Origin: Octopus vulgaris
Taxonomy: Eukaryota
Reading direction: 5' to 3'
DNA length: 64,000 nucleotides
NCBI GenBank assembly: GCA_951406725.2
Contig: OX597843.1
Span: 19,840,001 to 19,904,000, forward strand
In this document: positions 42,994-56,834 of the stretch, in pieces
Layout: each line of letters opens with the position of its first letter
Position numbering within the stretch: the stretch's first letter is position 1
Position numbers and translations under genes: made by a program
Notes under the pieces: generated by a model
Told to the model about the DNA's origin: nothing
The model's input: only the letters and a program-made list of their open reading frames with translations
Database searches by the model: none

Positions 42994-43374
42994 TTCATTT
43001 CACATATCTTTCAATTTCTGCTCTCTGAAAAGAAAATGTTTATGGATACAACTGCTTACAAAAATAGGGATTAATGTATAATTTCTTTCTATCTTCATAA
43101 TTAAATAAATGTTTTAATGATTAAACAGTGGTCCGATGCAATAGCTCTCAGAAACAGACTACGTACAAATTCTTTCTTCACATCTCCTGAAGCTGTTTTC
43201 TTACAGCGGGCGGGGTTGTGATGGAAAGAAATTTTCATATAGCTGGAGGCTCCAATCGGAACGGGGTACCCGAAATGATAAGGTTGAGAAACGTTGTTAT
43301 AGATTATGCCAAGCCGAAAACGATCACACCCACATCATCCAAACAGACCGGGTGAAACCGGGCTTAGCTGCTAG
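39400..43374 (+). mobile_element. Helitron family B: Rep/Pif1 helicase pseudogene with canonical 3' end
   Basis: AFTCNSTW, VEWQKRGLPHAHILIW, HGPCG, KYICKHVNKGSD, FLDAPGRTGKTF, GRTAHSAFKLP, GNFRQTLPVIPRG and FAMTIYKAEGQSL. Hairpin ccgggtgaaaccgg (43348-61) and CTAG (43371-74) followed by T. Confidence 0.92.
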
Positions 43375-43494
43375 TTTACCTATGTTAACACATGTATGTA
43401 TATGCAAACTTCCTGTTAACAAAAGTCGGGATGCGTGACGTTCAGTTATTCCAAAAATGTAAATTGTTTTAAATACTACAAAACATACAAAAGA

Positions 43495-43585
43495 AACTTG
43501 CCCAAGGTGTCATGCAGTGGGACTTAACCTGGAATCATGTGATTCGGTGGCATACTTCTTAGCGCACATCTACTCCTGCGCCTAC
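43495..43585 (-). mobile_element. SINE 5' fragment
   Basis: Reverse complement of the aggcgcaggagt...ttccaggttaagtcccactg...accttgggcaag head. Confidence 0.7.
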
Positions 43586-43659
43586 ACACACACGCACACA
43601 CACACGCACACACGCACACACACACGCACACACACACACATATATATATATACACACAC

Positions 43660-43722
<63 letters not shown>

Positions 43723-44029
43723 CATACATATATATGATACAATCTTCATCTTAGTTATTTCGCTGTTCACCACCAGAAAGTAAACATTCGCACTGATGGT
43801 ATCTGGACATATAATGCGGGGTTATTTTACACCTATCAGCGCTAAAACGGTGATGATCGAAACCTAACATCACGATGGAAACAATTGTAGGATTGCTTTA
43901 TGTTTATGTCATTTGTTGATTCGCTTCCTTTACATCTTAAATATTGTACGTATTACTCTTTTCAGCGAGATAAAAAAAATAGCCAGGTATCCTCTATATT
44001 TCTTCTCTATTTCCTTTTATTAACTATAT

Positions 44030-44100
<71 letters not shown>

Positions 44101-44103
44101 CGT

Positions 44104-44142
<39 letters not shown>

Positions 44143-44229
44143 GGTAGATACATGGGTAAAAAAATCGGATTCATTATGAAAGAATTCATCAATAAACCAA
44201 ATTTCAAAATCTGTGAGAGAAACAAAGTA

Positions 44230-44284
<55 letters not shown>

Positions 44285-44633
44285 CTATGTCTTTCATTTT
44301 CTCAACGCAAAATTCCCCACTCTATGAATTAATCGCTTAGTTTGAGTGTTAGTGTTTGTGTTTGTCAGTGTATGTGTATGCTTGTGTATAAGGAATTTCA
44401 TTAAGGAAACACGGTAATGTAAAAACTGTATGCAATATAATAGATTTTAATAGCATACATTTCCGTCACTAAATATGATTTTTCTTACACACACACACAC
44501 ACACACACTCACATACACACAGAAGAAAGCACTACGAACGCACGCACGCACATGCACACACACATATATGTACATAACTATAGGTATGTGTTAATGTGTA
44601 ATTTGATGTGTATAATGTATTAATACATACATG

Positions 44634-44664
<31 letters not shown>

Positions 44665-45181
44665 CACATATATTTAGCCACTTTAAAGTGATCGTGGGAA
44701 ATATTTTTTTGCTTCTTATACTGCTTCTTTCATGAACAGAGATCTTCTAACATTTTAGTGTCCTAGTCACACAATCAGTGACACTATTTTCTATATATTG
44801 CAATCGAAGTAAACTCCTGACATGCCTGGCGACGACTACCCACCTCTAAGGAGATCAAATACAGATCGAGACCTGTGGGTGGTAGAGTCTTGAAGCTACG
44901 GAAGCAGGTGTTATCTCCCGATTGCACTAAATATCGAGTGAATAGAATCGAACTGAATAAATCAACTGATGTGTTCCTGTGGTTAAATGGCAGTATAGTC
45001 GTATCGTAGACGACGAATAGATAGATAAATAGAAAGAAAGAGAGAGAGAGAGAGAGAGATAATATAGATAGAGATATATATTTACATATATATATATAAA
45101 TGCACAAATAAAAGCTGATATATGTATATGAGACAGATGTATGCATGTACAAATATTTATTTAGTATATATATATATACAT

Positions 45182-45231
<50 letters not shown>

Positions 45232-45520
45232 ATGTAATTTCAACAATTGAGGGTAAAATTAATTAATTATTAATCAATTTCACCAAGTATTCAGTATGTA
45301 AAGTGACCATTTAAGGCGAATTCAAATTATTACATTATATAAAAGGGCTTAGTAAAATAAATTACTTTGCCACATACTGAACTCATTGGAAATAGTAGCT
45401 AAAAAAACTTTTTAAAACTATTTCTAATACTTAAAAAAATCTCTCTCATATAGTGTTTGCTCAATTCAACTCACGAAAGTATGGGGTAAAGACATTAAAA
45501 AATCAAATGCAAAGGTTATT

Positions 45521-45572
45521 TGAGAACGTACGTTTCAAGATTAGTCAACTCGACATTTCTATCATCAGCTCA
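45521..45572 (-). ncRNA. Type I hammerhead motif inside a ~650-bp insert with ~85-bp direct terminal repeats (45236-45322 / 45793-45879)
   Basis: ugag-CUGAUGA-uagaaaugucgaguugacuaaucuu-GAAA-cguacg-UU-cuca, with palindromic stem III. Confidence 0.72.
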
Positions 45573-45995
45573 GAACTCCTTGGTTTGGATTTGAAAACAC
45601 TGAAAGTGGGAGCATACCCTTTCGGCTTCTTATCGCTTCTGAAGATCTGCTCGAAACTAACAGTGCCAGCAAACCCAAAATATGCAAGCGAAGAATTTCT
45701 GCTCTCCCCTTTCCACCAGCGTGGGTTAAAATCAGTAAACACTATGCTTTTTCGGTAAAATCCGAAGCATTAAATAGAGAGAGATGAATTATAATTTCAA
45801 CAATTGAGGGTAAAATTAATTAATTATTAATCAATTTCACCAAGTATTCAGTATGTAAAGGGACCATTTAAGGCGAATTGTATGTATGTATGCATGAAAT
45901 GCATACATATCTATAAGTGTATATATATAAATACACAAACACAAGCAGATATATATATATGAGATAGATGTTTGCATGTATGAATATTTATTTAG

Positions 45996-46049
<54 letters not shown>

Positions 46050-46091
46050 TGTATATATATATGTATGTATGAAATACATACATATCTATAA

Positions 46092-46146
<55 letters not shown>

Positions 46147-46158
46147 TATATGCATGTA

Positions 46159-46890
46159 CGAGGTCGTTTCAAATTTCTTGAATGAGTTCTATAGCGCGCA
46201 AACAGATGGCTGCATACGATTGTATGCGTGGTGGCAACTATCAGTGATCTTCATGAGGCACCCTGTTGAGCGACATCGCTCTATATACTTCTGCAAGATG
46301 TGGAATTTGAAATTTGGTGATACTGTAATCTGCAATTTTGTCATGAAGAGGAAATTGGAAGAAATGAAGAAAGTGTAATTTTTTGTTAAAATCGGGAAGT
46401 CTGCTACAGAGAGACAGAGAATGCTTTGGCAAACTTATGGCGGCGAGATAGTGGATTGTACTTAATGTTTCGAGTGTATGGGCGCACAAAAATCTACAGC
46501 TTCATCCAGAGCATGTTCATCATTTTTCCCGACATCCTCGGTATTGTGCATTGGGAGATTTTTCAGGGAAGACGTTCGGGGAAAATGACCGGTTCTGTGA
46601 TTCGCGAAGTATTGAAGTTTTCTCGACAACAATGCACCTATCACCTCACTCGTGAGTTTCTTGCCAAAAACAACGTGCTATCGCTTCCGCACCTGCCCTA
46701 TTCGCCAGATTTACCACCTGCTGACTTCCATCTGTTCCTCAAGATGAAAAATCAACTCAGAGGTCGAGATCAAGAGTGAATTTAACACCGTCGTCGAGAT
46801 CAAGAGGTCCTCGACTCACCTACGGAAAACTACGTCCAGGCTGGATTCCAAAAGTGTCAGAAAAGCTGGGGTCGCTGTATTATTGCTCAG
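46159..46890 (+). mobile_element. Decayed mariner transposon (duplicated copy)
   Basis: HLPYSPDLPPADFHLFLKMKNQLRG in ORF 46426-46779. Confidence 0.85.
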
Positions 46891-47341
46891 GTAACATAAG
46901 GTTTCTTTCAGTTACCGTGTACCCAATCAACCAGGTTTGTTCGGCTGGAGACCAGAGTACACGCATAAGGACTGAATACAGAAGGACAATTCTTATCACA
47001 CAGCCATGCCAACGCCAAAGCGAATGCACACGCACACACACACACACACACATACATACACACAGACACACACATACACAGACACACATACACACACAAA
47101 AACACTATACACAATTATTACGGAAATGGAAAATGGATTTTACGAGATTCGTTAATCACTACGGCCGTTTCAGCCCGTCTTCAATCGGCCCCTCACGGAT
47201 GAGATAATGGTCGATTGGCCGCGGTGCATCTTTCTTTGCAGATGTTTCTCATCAGTTGACATTTCAAAAAGTTCTCTGCTCAATAAACTCGGTTTCACTT
47301 GGTTCGATTATAATGTATTTCGTTAGTTAATAATAATAATG

Positions 47342-47384
<43 letters not shown>

Positions 47385-48143
47385 GAGGAGGAAGAAGAAG
47401 AAGAACAACAACAACAACAACAAAAACAACAACAACGAAGTCGGTGATGAATAAAAGTAATACAAATAGCAAAAAAAAACAGACAAGATGGACAAGCAAA
47501 ACAATAACAAGAAAATTTGGGAATCAGGATAGAAACGATAATAAAAATATATCAACATAAGTAAAATTATCAGACATACACACAGACACAAACGTACGAG
47601 GGATACACAAAACGTTGTTTTATGTTTTGGACGACTAGCTACATTAACATCCTTCCTAAAGAAATTGAAACGGCATATGCAGCCATCAAACTGGCCAGTT
47701 TGACCAAATTGGCCCAGCTGTAGCTCACTGTACACAAAGAAAATGACGACTACCAACTTCAGCAAGTCATGTAATTGTAGAGTTTAAAATAACTCATATT
47801 ATAGAATCAGTATCTCAAACGAGTAAGGATGAATATATTTCTATACTTTCTTTTCTTGAAGTGAGTATAATTCTGCATTAATATATATTTCATAATATAC
47901 CCACCTATAGACACAGATGCAAACATAGATATTTACGTGCAATCGTACACTCATACACAAAATGTTAGACATTTATGAAGACACATAGAGACACAAACAC
48001 TCATAGACACCTTCATACACACTCTAACATGAAAATAGTAGCAGAACATTAGAGAAAGAGAGAGAAAAAGGAAGATAAGAAGACATTAAGTTCCTAGAAA
48101 AAATTCGTAAATAGAATAATATCAAAAAACTTAACCAACTTAC

Positions 48144-48215
48144 ATTTCCTTTAAACTTGGAAGATTTTTAAAGGATCCTTGTGAGATGGTTGTGATCTTA
48201 TTCTTATAGAGATAT
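48144..48215 (-). CDS. 72-nt LRR exon (one 24-aa repeat), duplicate of 6327-6398
   Basis: Acceptor tgtgttttatgtttcAG and donor GTaagt. Phase 2-2 translation is YLYKNKITTISQGSFKNLPSLKE(I). Confidence 0.9.
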
Positions 48216-48337
48216 CTGAAACATAAAACACAGTTCAAAAGAAAAAAGTATTAAAAAGATTTCTTATAAAATATTAATTCTTGTATCTTTAGAATCATAT
48301 TAATAAAAAGAGGACGGTGAAGGAGAGAATGGCCGAA

Positions 48338-48368
<31 letters not shown>

Positions 48369-48687
48369 GAAGGAGGACTGCGATGTTGATTGTAAATGTT
48401 GTAATAAGGACGGTGAGGAGGATTCGGGGGATAATGATGATGATTATTATCGAAAATGATGAGAAACCCTGCCGATTAATTGGTGATGACGACGTTGATT
48501 ATTACGATGTTCATAACGAAGGTGATGATGATTCTGCATGCTAGAAATAGCTGAGTAAATGGTGGAAGGAAATAGTTATGAAGACATGATAAATTATAAC
48601 GATTAGTGATAACGAAAATATGATTAGCAGAAGGACTATGAATATGATAGCGTTGAAGATGATACAGATGATTATGATGATGTTGAC

Positions 48688-48729
<42 letters not shown>

Positions 48730-48909
48730 AATGATGATATGCAACAACAACAGCAACAACATTAAACAACAATAAGAAAAGTGGCAGAAAATGTAGGAGC
48801 TGAAGAAAAGAATGATGTAAAAAATAAGGAGGAAACGAAGGAGTCTGTCATGAAGACAACTTTAATAAAATATTTCTGATCTTATAATAATTCTGTTTGT
48901 CGTTATGTT

Positions 48910-49509
48910 AATTACTCCGTCGGTAACGCTTTCTCGTGATTAGAGAAAAACAGAGAGAACGAAAAAGAACAAAAGAGAAATGTCCATGACCTGAGGTAGA
49001 AGGAACGTGACTGTAATGTTTTCACGTGATTAGTTGAATGGAATGAGAGACCGAGAGAAAGAAAAAGGAATGAGAAAACGATAGTAAGTCGAAGAGTGGG
49101 GCAGAAAGAGAGGGAGAGGGAGAAAAGGGGAGAGAGAAAAGTGCGAGGGAGAAAAAGAGGAAGAGGACATGTGGTATGGGGAACGTAATATTTATTACGT
49201 GATGAAAAGTTAGCTGAAGGTAGTGATATTGAGGAGGGTTACGAATATAATTTTAGCAGAACGGTGATGTTCTGATGGTGAGATTAAAGGAAGGCAGACA
49301 CGTAGATAAAAAGATAGATAAACAATGAAAACGAGAGAATGGGGAGTGAGAGAAGGTGGTAGTGGTTGTGGTGGAAGTGGTAATTGTGAGTGCATAATGT
49401 AAAGTAACTTTTCAATTGAACTAGGTATTTTATATCCCCTATCACTTAACGCATGCTCATAACTGCAATTCTGTTAAATATTCTCACTTACTTACAGTGT
49501 CATATGTAA

Positions 49510-49562
<53 letters not shown>

Positions 49563-52500
49563 TACAATTCAAGAAATATACACATTATAATTAAAATATA
49601 TATATTTCAATTAAAATAAAGGTGGTCACACAGTATATTCCATCTCTACAAGATCACGGTTGAGGTTGTTACTGCTTCTCATACATTCTGCCGTTAGTTG
49701 TGCATTGTGCTACGGCGAGATAGAAATTCGCAATTTACGGCTATTTGGTCCTCGTTCCAATGCTGTGCTTATGAAATAACCAAATTACAAAACTTGACTG
49801 AACATTCGATAGATGAAGAAGATTAGAAGCTACTTGCGAGAGGGTTAGGCACTACAGGCAGCAAATAAGAGAAGAATAGCTGTAAGAAATCAGAGAAAGG
49901 GACAAATGGTACCAACAGATGAGAGGATCTGCAATAGATGACGAGCAACGCAAGGCACAATTGTAGTGAGAGAGAATGCGAGACCAAGGTAGAAGACAGG
50001 ATGAGGAAGAACAAACACAGTACAAGGAACAACAAATATTGATATTTCAGCGGAGAAGGGAAGACATGAATGATATGCAGTGTGCGCAGTATCAGGACCA
50101 ACAGAAAAGCGTAATGTAACAGAGAGGGGAGAATATGGATGATTTGGAAAGGGCTGCTTGTCTCCAAGGTCAAACAGAGAGACATCAAGATGGAGTTGCA
50201 AGTATGAATGCTGAACAGGCGTTACGTTTGCGAGATGAACAGGTGCAACGAAAGCGTGAAGGAAGACATGGACTACCACTGAACAGAGACACAATAATCC
50301 TAAACGAACCTATCGTATTGGTGATATGTTTTATATTGCGAGTATTGTGGAGCACTGAACTTTAAATATGAAAACTTCATGTTCAATCACAATATAAAGT
50401 GAATTTTCCTCCACTGCAACTAAATCCCCAGACATTGAAGCGTTTGTCTGAGAAAATTACCAAGAGTCTGCTTCATTTCGAAAAAAACATCAGCAATTAC
50501 AACTGCATATCTTCCTTTACGTCATTTGGTGTGAAACTCTCTGTGCCGCAAGGAAGAGGTCTACATTGTTTCTGTATTGTAGTGGAAGGATTCCGACCAC
50601 CTTCCAATTCACTTAAAGGGAACTGACATATTCCTATTAAATAGACAACTGTCGAGTCTTCAGCAATTAATTGGTAAATAGTTCACTGTGAGCCATTGAC
50701 AGAGAGTGTTGGGTAATCGATTCGCGTCGTGTAAACACTTTCTTTCCCCCTAATTCCTTAAATCATACGTCCAAACCAGGGTATAAAAGTGGCGAAGAGT
50801 TCTTCGAAGTTTGCGTTGGACGTTTAAATTTGTTTGGCATGGGTATGAAACCAAAGAAAAATCGTTTAAGATAGAAGGCTTAATGTCATCTGTGGTGCAG
50901 TTGCAACAGCAACAATAGTAACAACAACAAGAGTGGCTGGAATCAATGTTAACGAAGTCTAAAAATACTTCAGGTGCGAACTTGCCAGACAGCGTAGCAA
51001 TCTCTATTGAAGTATTCAGTTATAATCCAGAGAAAGGGATTACCTTCTCTGCATATTTTCGAAGATACGAATAAATTTTCAAAGAAGAATTTATAAATTG
51101 ATCTGAGGGGAAAAATAGTACGACTACTTTGTAAGACAGGTATCGTATGCCAAATACAAAACAATATAGTAATTATATTCTGCCCACGAAGTCAGGTGAG
51201 ATTTGTTTCAATAAAAACTATTTACATTTTATCAAATGATTTAGAACTGGACAAAAATTAACTCTTCAGACAGAAGCAGAAGAATGCCAGGGAAGACGAA
51301 AAAAATGAAGAAAGCGACGCACAAAATGAAATTGAACAAAAAGATTGCTCTCATATTCCAGTGTCTCCACCGTAACGGATAAGAAATAAGACAAAAATGT
51401 CAAGAATGAGTCCATGTTGTGGTCTACATTTTAAACGTAACTGCCCGTTTAAAATCCAAAATACGAAATTGTATCTAAACGTTTCAGTGAAAGAAGTTTT
51501 CTACTAAATACGTGAGGACAGTTTTTACATTTTGTCCAAAGACATGAAGATTTCATTACCTGTGCCGAGGATGTTAACGGGAAGTGTAAAAAATTCATAT
51601 CATATGAATTAAGATGATGTTCAAATGCATATTTTTGGTTTAAGGCCTAACTGCAAGCAAAGATGGAGATATATGTTCACGGATGTCAACAAAATTAGAA
51701 CTCGACAAAAAGTAAATCTACAGACAGAAGCAGAAGAATGTCAGGAAAGACGACGCAGAAAAAAATGAAGAAAGCGACGCCCAAAACGAAATTGAAGAAA
51801 AAGATTGCTCTCATATTCCAGTGTCTCCAGCGTCACGGATAAGAAATAAGAGAAAAAATGGCAAGATCGAATCAATGTTATGGGTGCGGTGGTCAACATT
51901 TTAAAAGTAATTGCCCGTTTAAAGATATAAATGGAGTCAAATGTGGCAAGAGAGATCATAAAAAAATCACACTGTAGAACAAACCTGGAAAACAGTTCAA
52001 CAGAAAGAAAACACGAAGACAGGTTATCGGTGATCAAAAAACGAACAGCCTCAAAGTAAATTTGTGTACGTAAAGTTGCAACTAGATAAGGGCAGTGATA
52101 TCTCGATAATTAACACAGATACGTAGAAAAAAACAGAATTCCTAGATTAAAAGACATTTCGAAAATTGTAGGTGGTGTTTCAGGAAAATAATTACATTAT
52201 AATGGCGTAATGATAAATCACGTTCCATTTCGTAGGAGAACCTTAAAAACCAAAGATATCACAAATTTATTCGGAACACTGAATAGAATTGCTTAACTTA
52301 TCGGAACTCCCCATAAATCTTTTCAGTAAAAATGTGAATGGTTTTCTTGCCAATACAAATAAATCGTCGACTATTTGTAGAAATAATTTTAAAAGATTTT
52401 TCCTAAGTTCTCTCTGATAAATTAGATTTCAGCATCAAAACGAAAACGAAGTTCCAAGTAAAAGTAAATGCCAAACCGGTATTTAAATATGAACGAACTG

Positions 52501-55500
52501 TAACTTTTGCATCGTTGGAACAGATAAGCTTTTGCAGCGTTAGAAACAAATAAACAAAATCAGAGTGTATGCTGATTTTTTCCACAGGTTTAAAAGAGTG
52601 ACTTAAAATGTTCCCATATCCGTTACCTACCCTGAGAGATATATTTGCAAAATTAGACGGTGGCAAGATATTTTCTTAATTGGATATATCTGACGCGTAT
52701 CTACATATTAGAGTAGACGATGAATGCTATAAATACCTAAAAATTAACGCTCATATATATATATACAACGGGTTACTGTATGTCTTTAATGTAACACCGG
52801 CGATTTTTCAACAGCTTATAGATGCAGTGTTAGCGGATAGTGAATTTGCATTTCCATATCTGGATGATATACTCATTAAAAGCGAATCATGGGATCAACA
52901 TGTAGAGCACGTAATATATATGTTCGAAAAAATTAGGGATTAAATTGAAAAAGAAAGCGTGAATTTTTTTCTGACCGAAAATAAAATTGGACAAACAATT
53001 GAAAGAAATGGACGAGGACCAGATCCGTTGAAGGCAGAGGCAATTAAATACATGCCCCCCCCCGACAAATATAAGGACCTTACATGATTGCTTTGGATTA
53101 CATGATTACCAAAATTATATTCTAAATATGCATAGGGTAAGTGTTACAGTAGATTACGTATTTAAAAAATGTCAATTGAAATTGCTCCGAAAATTATCGA
53201 AGGGATTTCGACGAAATTTTAAAATATTAACATCTGATTTGTTGTTAGCACGCTTCGATTCTGTAGCGAAGAATGTTGTAACTTCAGATGCCTCTGAATA
53301 CTGAATCGGCGCAGTAATGCTACATAAATAAAAAGATGGTAGCATGAAGGCGGTGGTTCTTGATATCAGCAGAAAATATTGCAGCCAAATCAAAAAGGAG
53401 GCTCTTGTAATTATTTTTGCCATAAACAATTGCATAGATTATTACACGGCAGAAGTTTTTGAATACAGACAGATCATCGTCCGTTATTACCAGTATATGA
53501 GTGAAAGAAATAAATATCTAGCCTGTACTGCTAATAGGCTGCAACGCTGGGGTACTGTATTATTAAGCTATGAATTTTAGATAGAGTATATACCATCTAA
53601 ATAATTAGGACACGCTAATTGTTTATCAAGACCGATTTCAGAAAAGGCTGAAGCATTTGATGATACCGTGATTGCTACTTTGCGAGCGGAAAATGAAATT
53701 AAAAGCAAACTGTATAACTCCATGCGTGAACTGCTATTTACGTTACAGGACTTAAAATTACAATTGGGAAACGATATATTCATTACAAAATGAAAGAAAT
53801 GCAGAAGTTTTAAAGAGATGAAACATATTCGAGCCTATCACAAGGTGTGATAAAGAGCCGTAGTGCCAGCCACACTACAAAAGCAATTACTAAAGGAATT
53901 TCATATTGAGTCAAAGGGATTTCAATAATGAAATCGTTAATGAGAAGTTAGGTATACTGGCCAACAACGGACTGTAACATTGAAGATATAATGATAGTAT
54001 GCAATACGCTGTTCTCTAGCTCCAAATACACCCGTCACGAAATGGCACCCGTGGCCAAAATCACTTAAGGTTTCATGTCACTTCGTTTTGGGGGACTGTT
54101 TTTCAACGTGGTCTGAAGTGCATAAATGTAGAAAGCCGACATCTCTGGTTACAGATATATTTGATGTTTGTTAAAATAATCAGATCCATCTTTGATCAGC
54201 CGATACCGAGTGAAAATTTATAAAAAAAGGAACAATATTTCAAAATTCTTCAAGTTAGGTGACAAACTTTATTAAAGACCTATACATATTTGAAACAAGG
54301 CTGGGAGGATGGTACAATTGTTATATAAATTGCAAGAATGATATTCCTGGTAAAAGGTAAAAACAAATATCGAACATAAAAGACTTATTAACCAACTTAA
54401 AACCTGATTCAAGGAAAAATCAGACAAAAGAAGTGAATTTCTCATGAAAGTATTGCACGACACGTTTGAGGTACCAACGGAGAAACAATTTGTAATTACA
54501 CGTTCTAGCACCAGAAAACGAAACGAATGGAAAAACAAGAATTGAACCCTCAGCATAAGAGATATTAAAATTCTGAGCGACTTTAATTCTCAAGTGGAAA
54601 ATTTAGGGGAGACTAATTCTATAAAGGGGATATGATCCGTTGGCAGAGAGCGTCGAGTCTCATGTAACAGTAATCGTATTGCATCGTGTAAACAGCTTCG
54701 TTAAATTATATATCCAATACCAGGATATAGAACGTATTCAGGGCCAAACTTAGCACAACACTACGAACTGTCAATGGTCACCTGCAGTACAGTCAGTTGT
54801 ATATTATTAATACATCACAGAGTGGAAGCAAGTCGGATCTCCCAAAGCCCTTCTCAAAGAACGGATGTCATGTGCAACAAGTAAATCCTTAGGCTGAGTT
54901 ATATGGGAACATGCACTTAATTGAACAACAAGAGATTGGAGGTGCCAGGAGTGAAAATGTACAATTACGAAAGTGTGAAATACGTTTCAAAAGAACGGGT
55001 TATATAACGCGCTACAATTTTTCCCCTTGCAATGAAATAACTGCACCTTGAAAGCCCTAAGGACGTAAAAAAAATTTCATTTACGATTGCTATTTCGGAT
55101 GTTCCAGGTACTAAGAGCTTTGAGAAGTGAGCACTGTAGGAGGTGAAATCTATGCAACATTTAAAGATGCGTACATATGAGTTGGTCTCCTCCAAAATGA
55201 TGAGGGTTTGGAGCATACTATACTTGAAGCTACTGCGACTCGGATGCCATTTCAGTTGCGTATTACGTTTGCTGTCCTCTGCACCTATTCAAATCCTTCC
55301 AATGATCTTCGCCTGCGGAATACTGACGAGAATTCTATGATGGAAGATTATGCTCACCGAGGGCTGAATGCAGACTCTACACTCCATAAATTCTGTGTTA
55401 ATTGAAAATGGCACCAACTGGTTTAATATTAGCTTGCTTGAACCAATTGGAATGTAACAGGTTGAGCAGAAAGATGACATGAACCACCCACTCATTGCAA

Positions 55501-55600
55501 CCCTTACCAACGAGAAGAAAGGGATCGCTGATGCAGTCATTAAAGCCATTGGTAAGAAAAGGTTGAGGTGAGATGCTGGAATCTTTCTGCTGATTTTCCC
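48910..55600 (+). mobile_element. Helitron family A (duplicated copy) interrupted by Gypsy
   Basis: Paralogous to 10780-18030. Keeps an extra Helitron segment (NISNYNCISSFTSFG...GLHCFCI, ORF 50399-50626) before the LTR. Confidence 0.8.
50578..54765 (+). mobile_element. Ty3/Gypsy LTR retrotransposon (duplicated copy)
   Basis: 5' LTR starts TGtagtggaaggattc. RT DISDAYLH...FPYLDDILI (ORF 52680-52943) and RNase H DASEY and ANRLQRW. Confidence 0.88.
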
Positions 55601-56709
55601 GGAGGCTTTAACTTCATAAATTCCACTTCAATCCGTACACTTCTGTAAATTTATTATTTACATTTGCAACGTTTTGTGTTTTGTGTTTGTTGTTGTTGAC
55701 GGAATTACTGATAAATGTAAGTTCATAATTTACTAACAGGAGTAACTTCAAACACTTCACTTAAACACGCGCACATAATTAATTTCCCTAAAAAAATTTT
55801 ATTTACTTTTGCGCCGGTTTTTTGTTTGTCTGTTGTTAATGGCTTTTTTCTGGTTACTTCGATACTGGCACTTTGGTTCAGTACAATTCTTTATTCTCCG
55901 TAAAACTATCTTGTTAATGTTCTGCTGGTCGTATTAAGAAATATAATTTTTGTTACCCAGTTATTATCTTCTGCGCCCGTGTATTTCTGTATAATCAAAC
56001 CTAAAAGGAAGGTGTCAAATTTGTCTACAATGTCAAGGTAAAGCCAAAAGAATGTCTCTGTCCAGGGAAAGAGAGACAGCTGCAGAAAGGGAAGCATACC
56101 AAGAAACGAACAGACTGTGCACTACGAAAAAGCTAGAGCATCTCAGAGTGAGGAACAGAGGTATGCACGGCTGACAAGGAAAACGATCTCCACTGCAGAG
56201 AAGACAAGGAATAAGATCTCCACTAATTACATTTATTTTTGACTGACTATTCGTTTTCCTCTCCTCCCTATTTTCTTTCTTCTTTCTCTTCTACTACTTT
56301 CTTTTCCCTCAAAGCAGTTATGAAAGCGAAAGCTCATTAGGTCACTTTATCTAAAGAGGAACGCAAGACTTCCTCGTTCATATTTTAATCTTTTGCATAT
56401 TTGCAGTCTTATTTGTATTTTATTCGTTCCCCAACTAGATGGCAGTATAACAACATGCCAGATGACCCTCGAAATCTTTAGCCACACACAACTTTATCGA
56501 TGTGCCTAATGGGATCCAGACTGATCGATGTGCCTGATGGGATCCAGACTGATCGATGCAGCACAACACGTTGAACAGAGACCCACAAATAAAGGACAAT
56601 AGCAAGATGGTTCGAAACGAATGTAGTACAGAATAAAATTTAATACCAGATCCATCATTTCGTTACTTAATATAATTATGTATACACAAATACATACAAA
56701 TAAGCAAAC

Positions 56710-56755
<46 letters not shown>

Positions 56756-56834
56756 CTCTTTTTGTTCCACGTCTTCACGTTGTTGTGGTTTTTTGTGCTT
56801 TCTTGTTTGGATTAACTATATATATATATATATG

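Larger units (their letters stand above)
44621..55806. repeat. Intragenic segmental duplication, copy 2 (paralogue 3113-18238)
   Basis: Same order: mariner (46159-46890), microsatellites, LRR exon, Helitron A, Gypsy. Differs from copy 1 by several indels. Confidence 0.93.

Noticed and set aside
56498-56560. 28-bp tandem repeat (cgatgtgcct.atgggatccagactgat), superficially CRISPR-like
   Set aside because: Only about two adjacent units, no spacers, and eukaryotic context. A simple local duplication.
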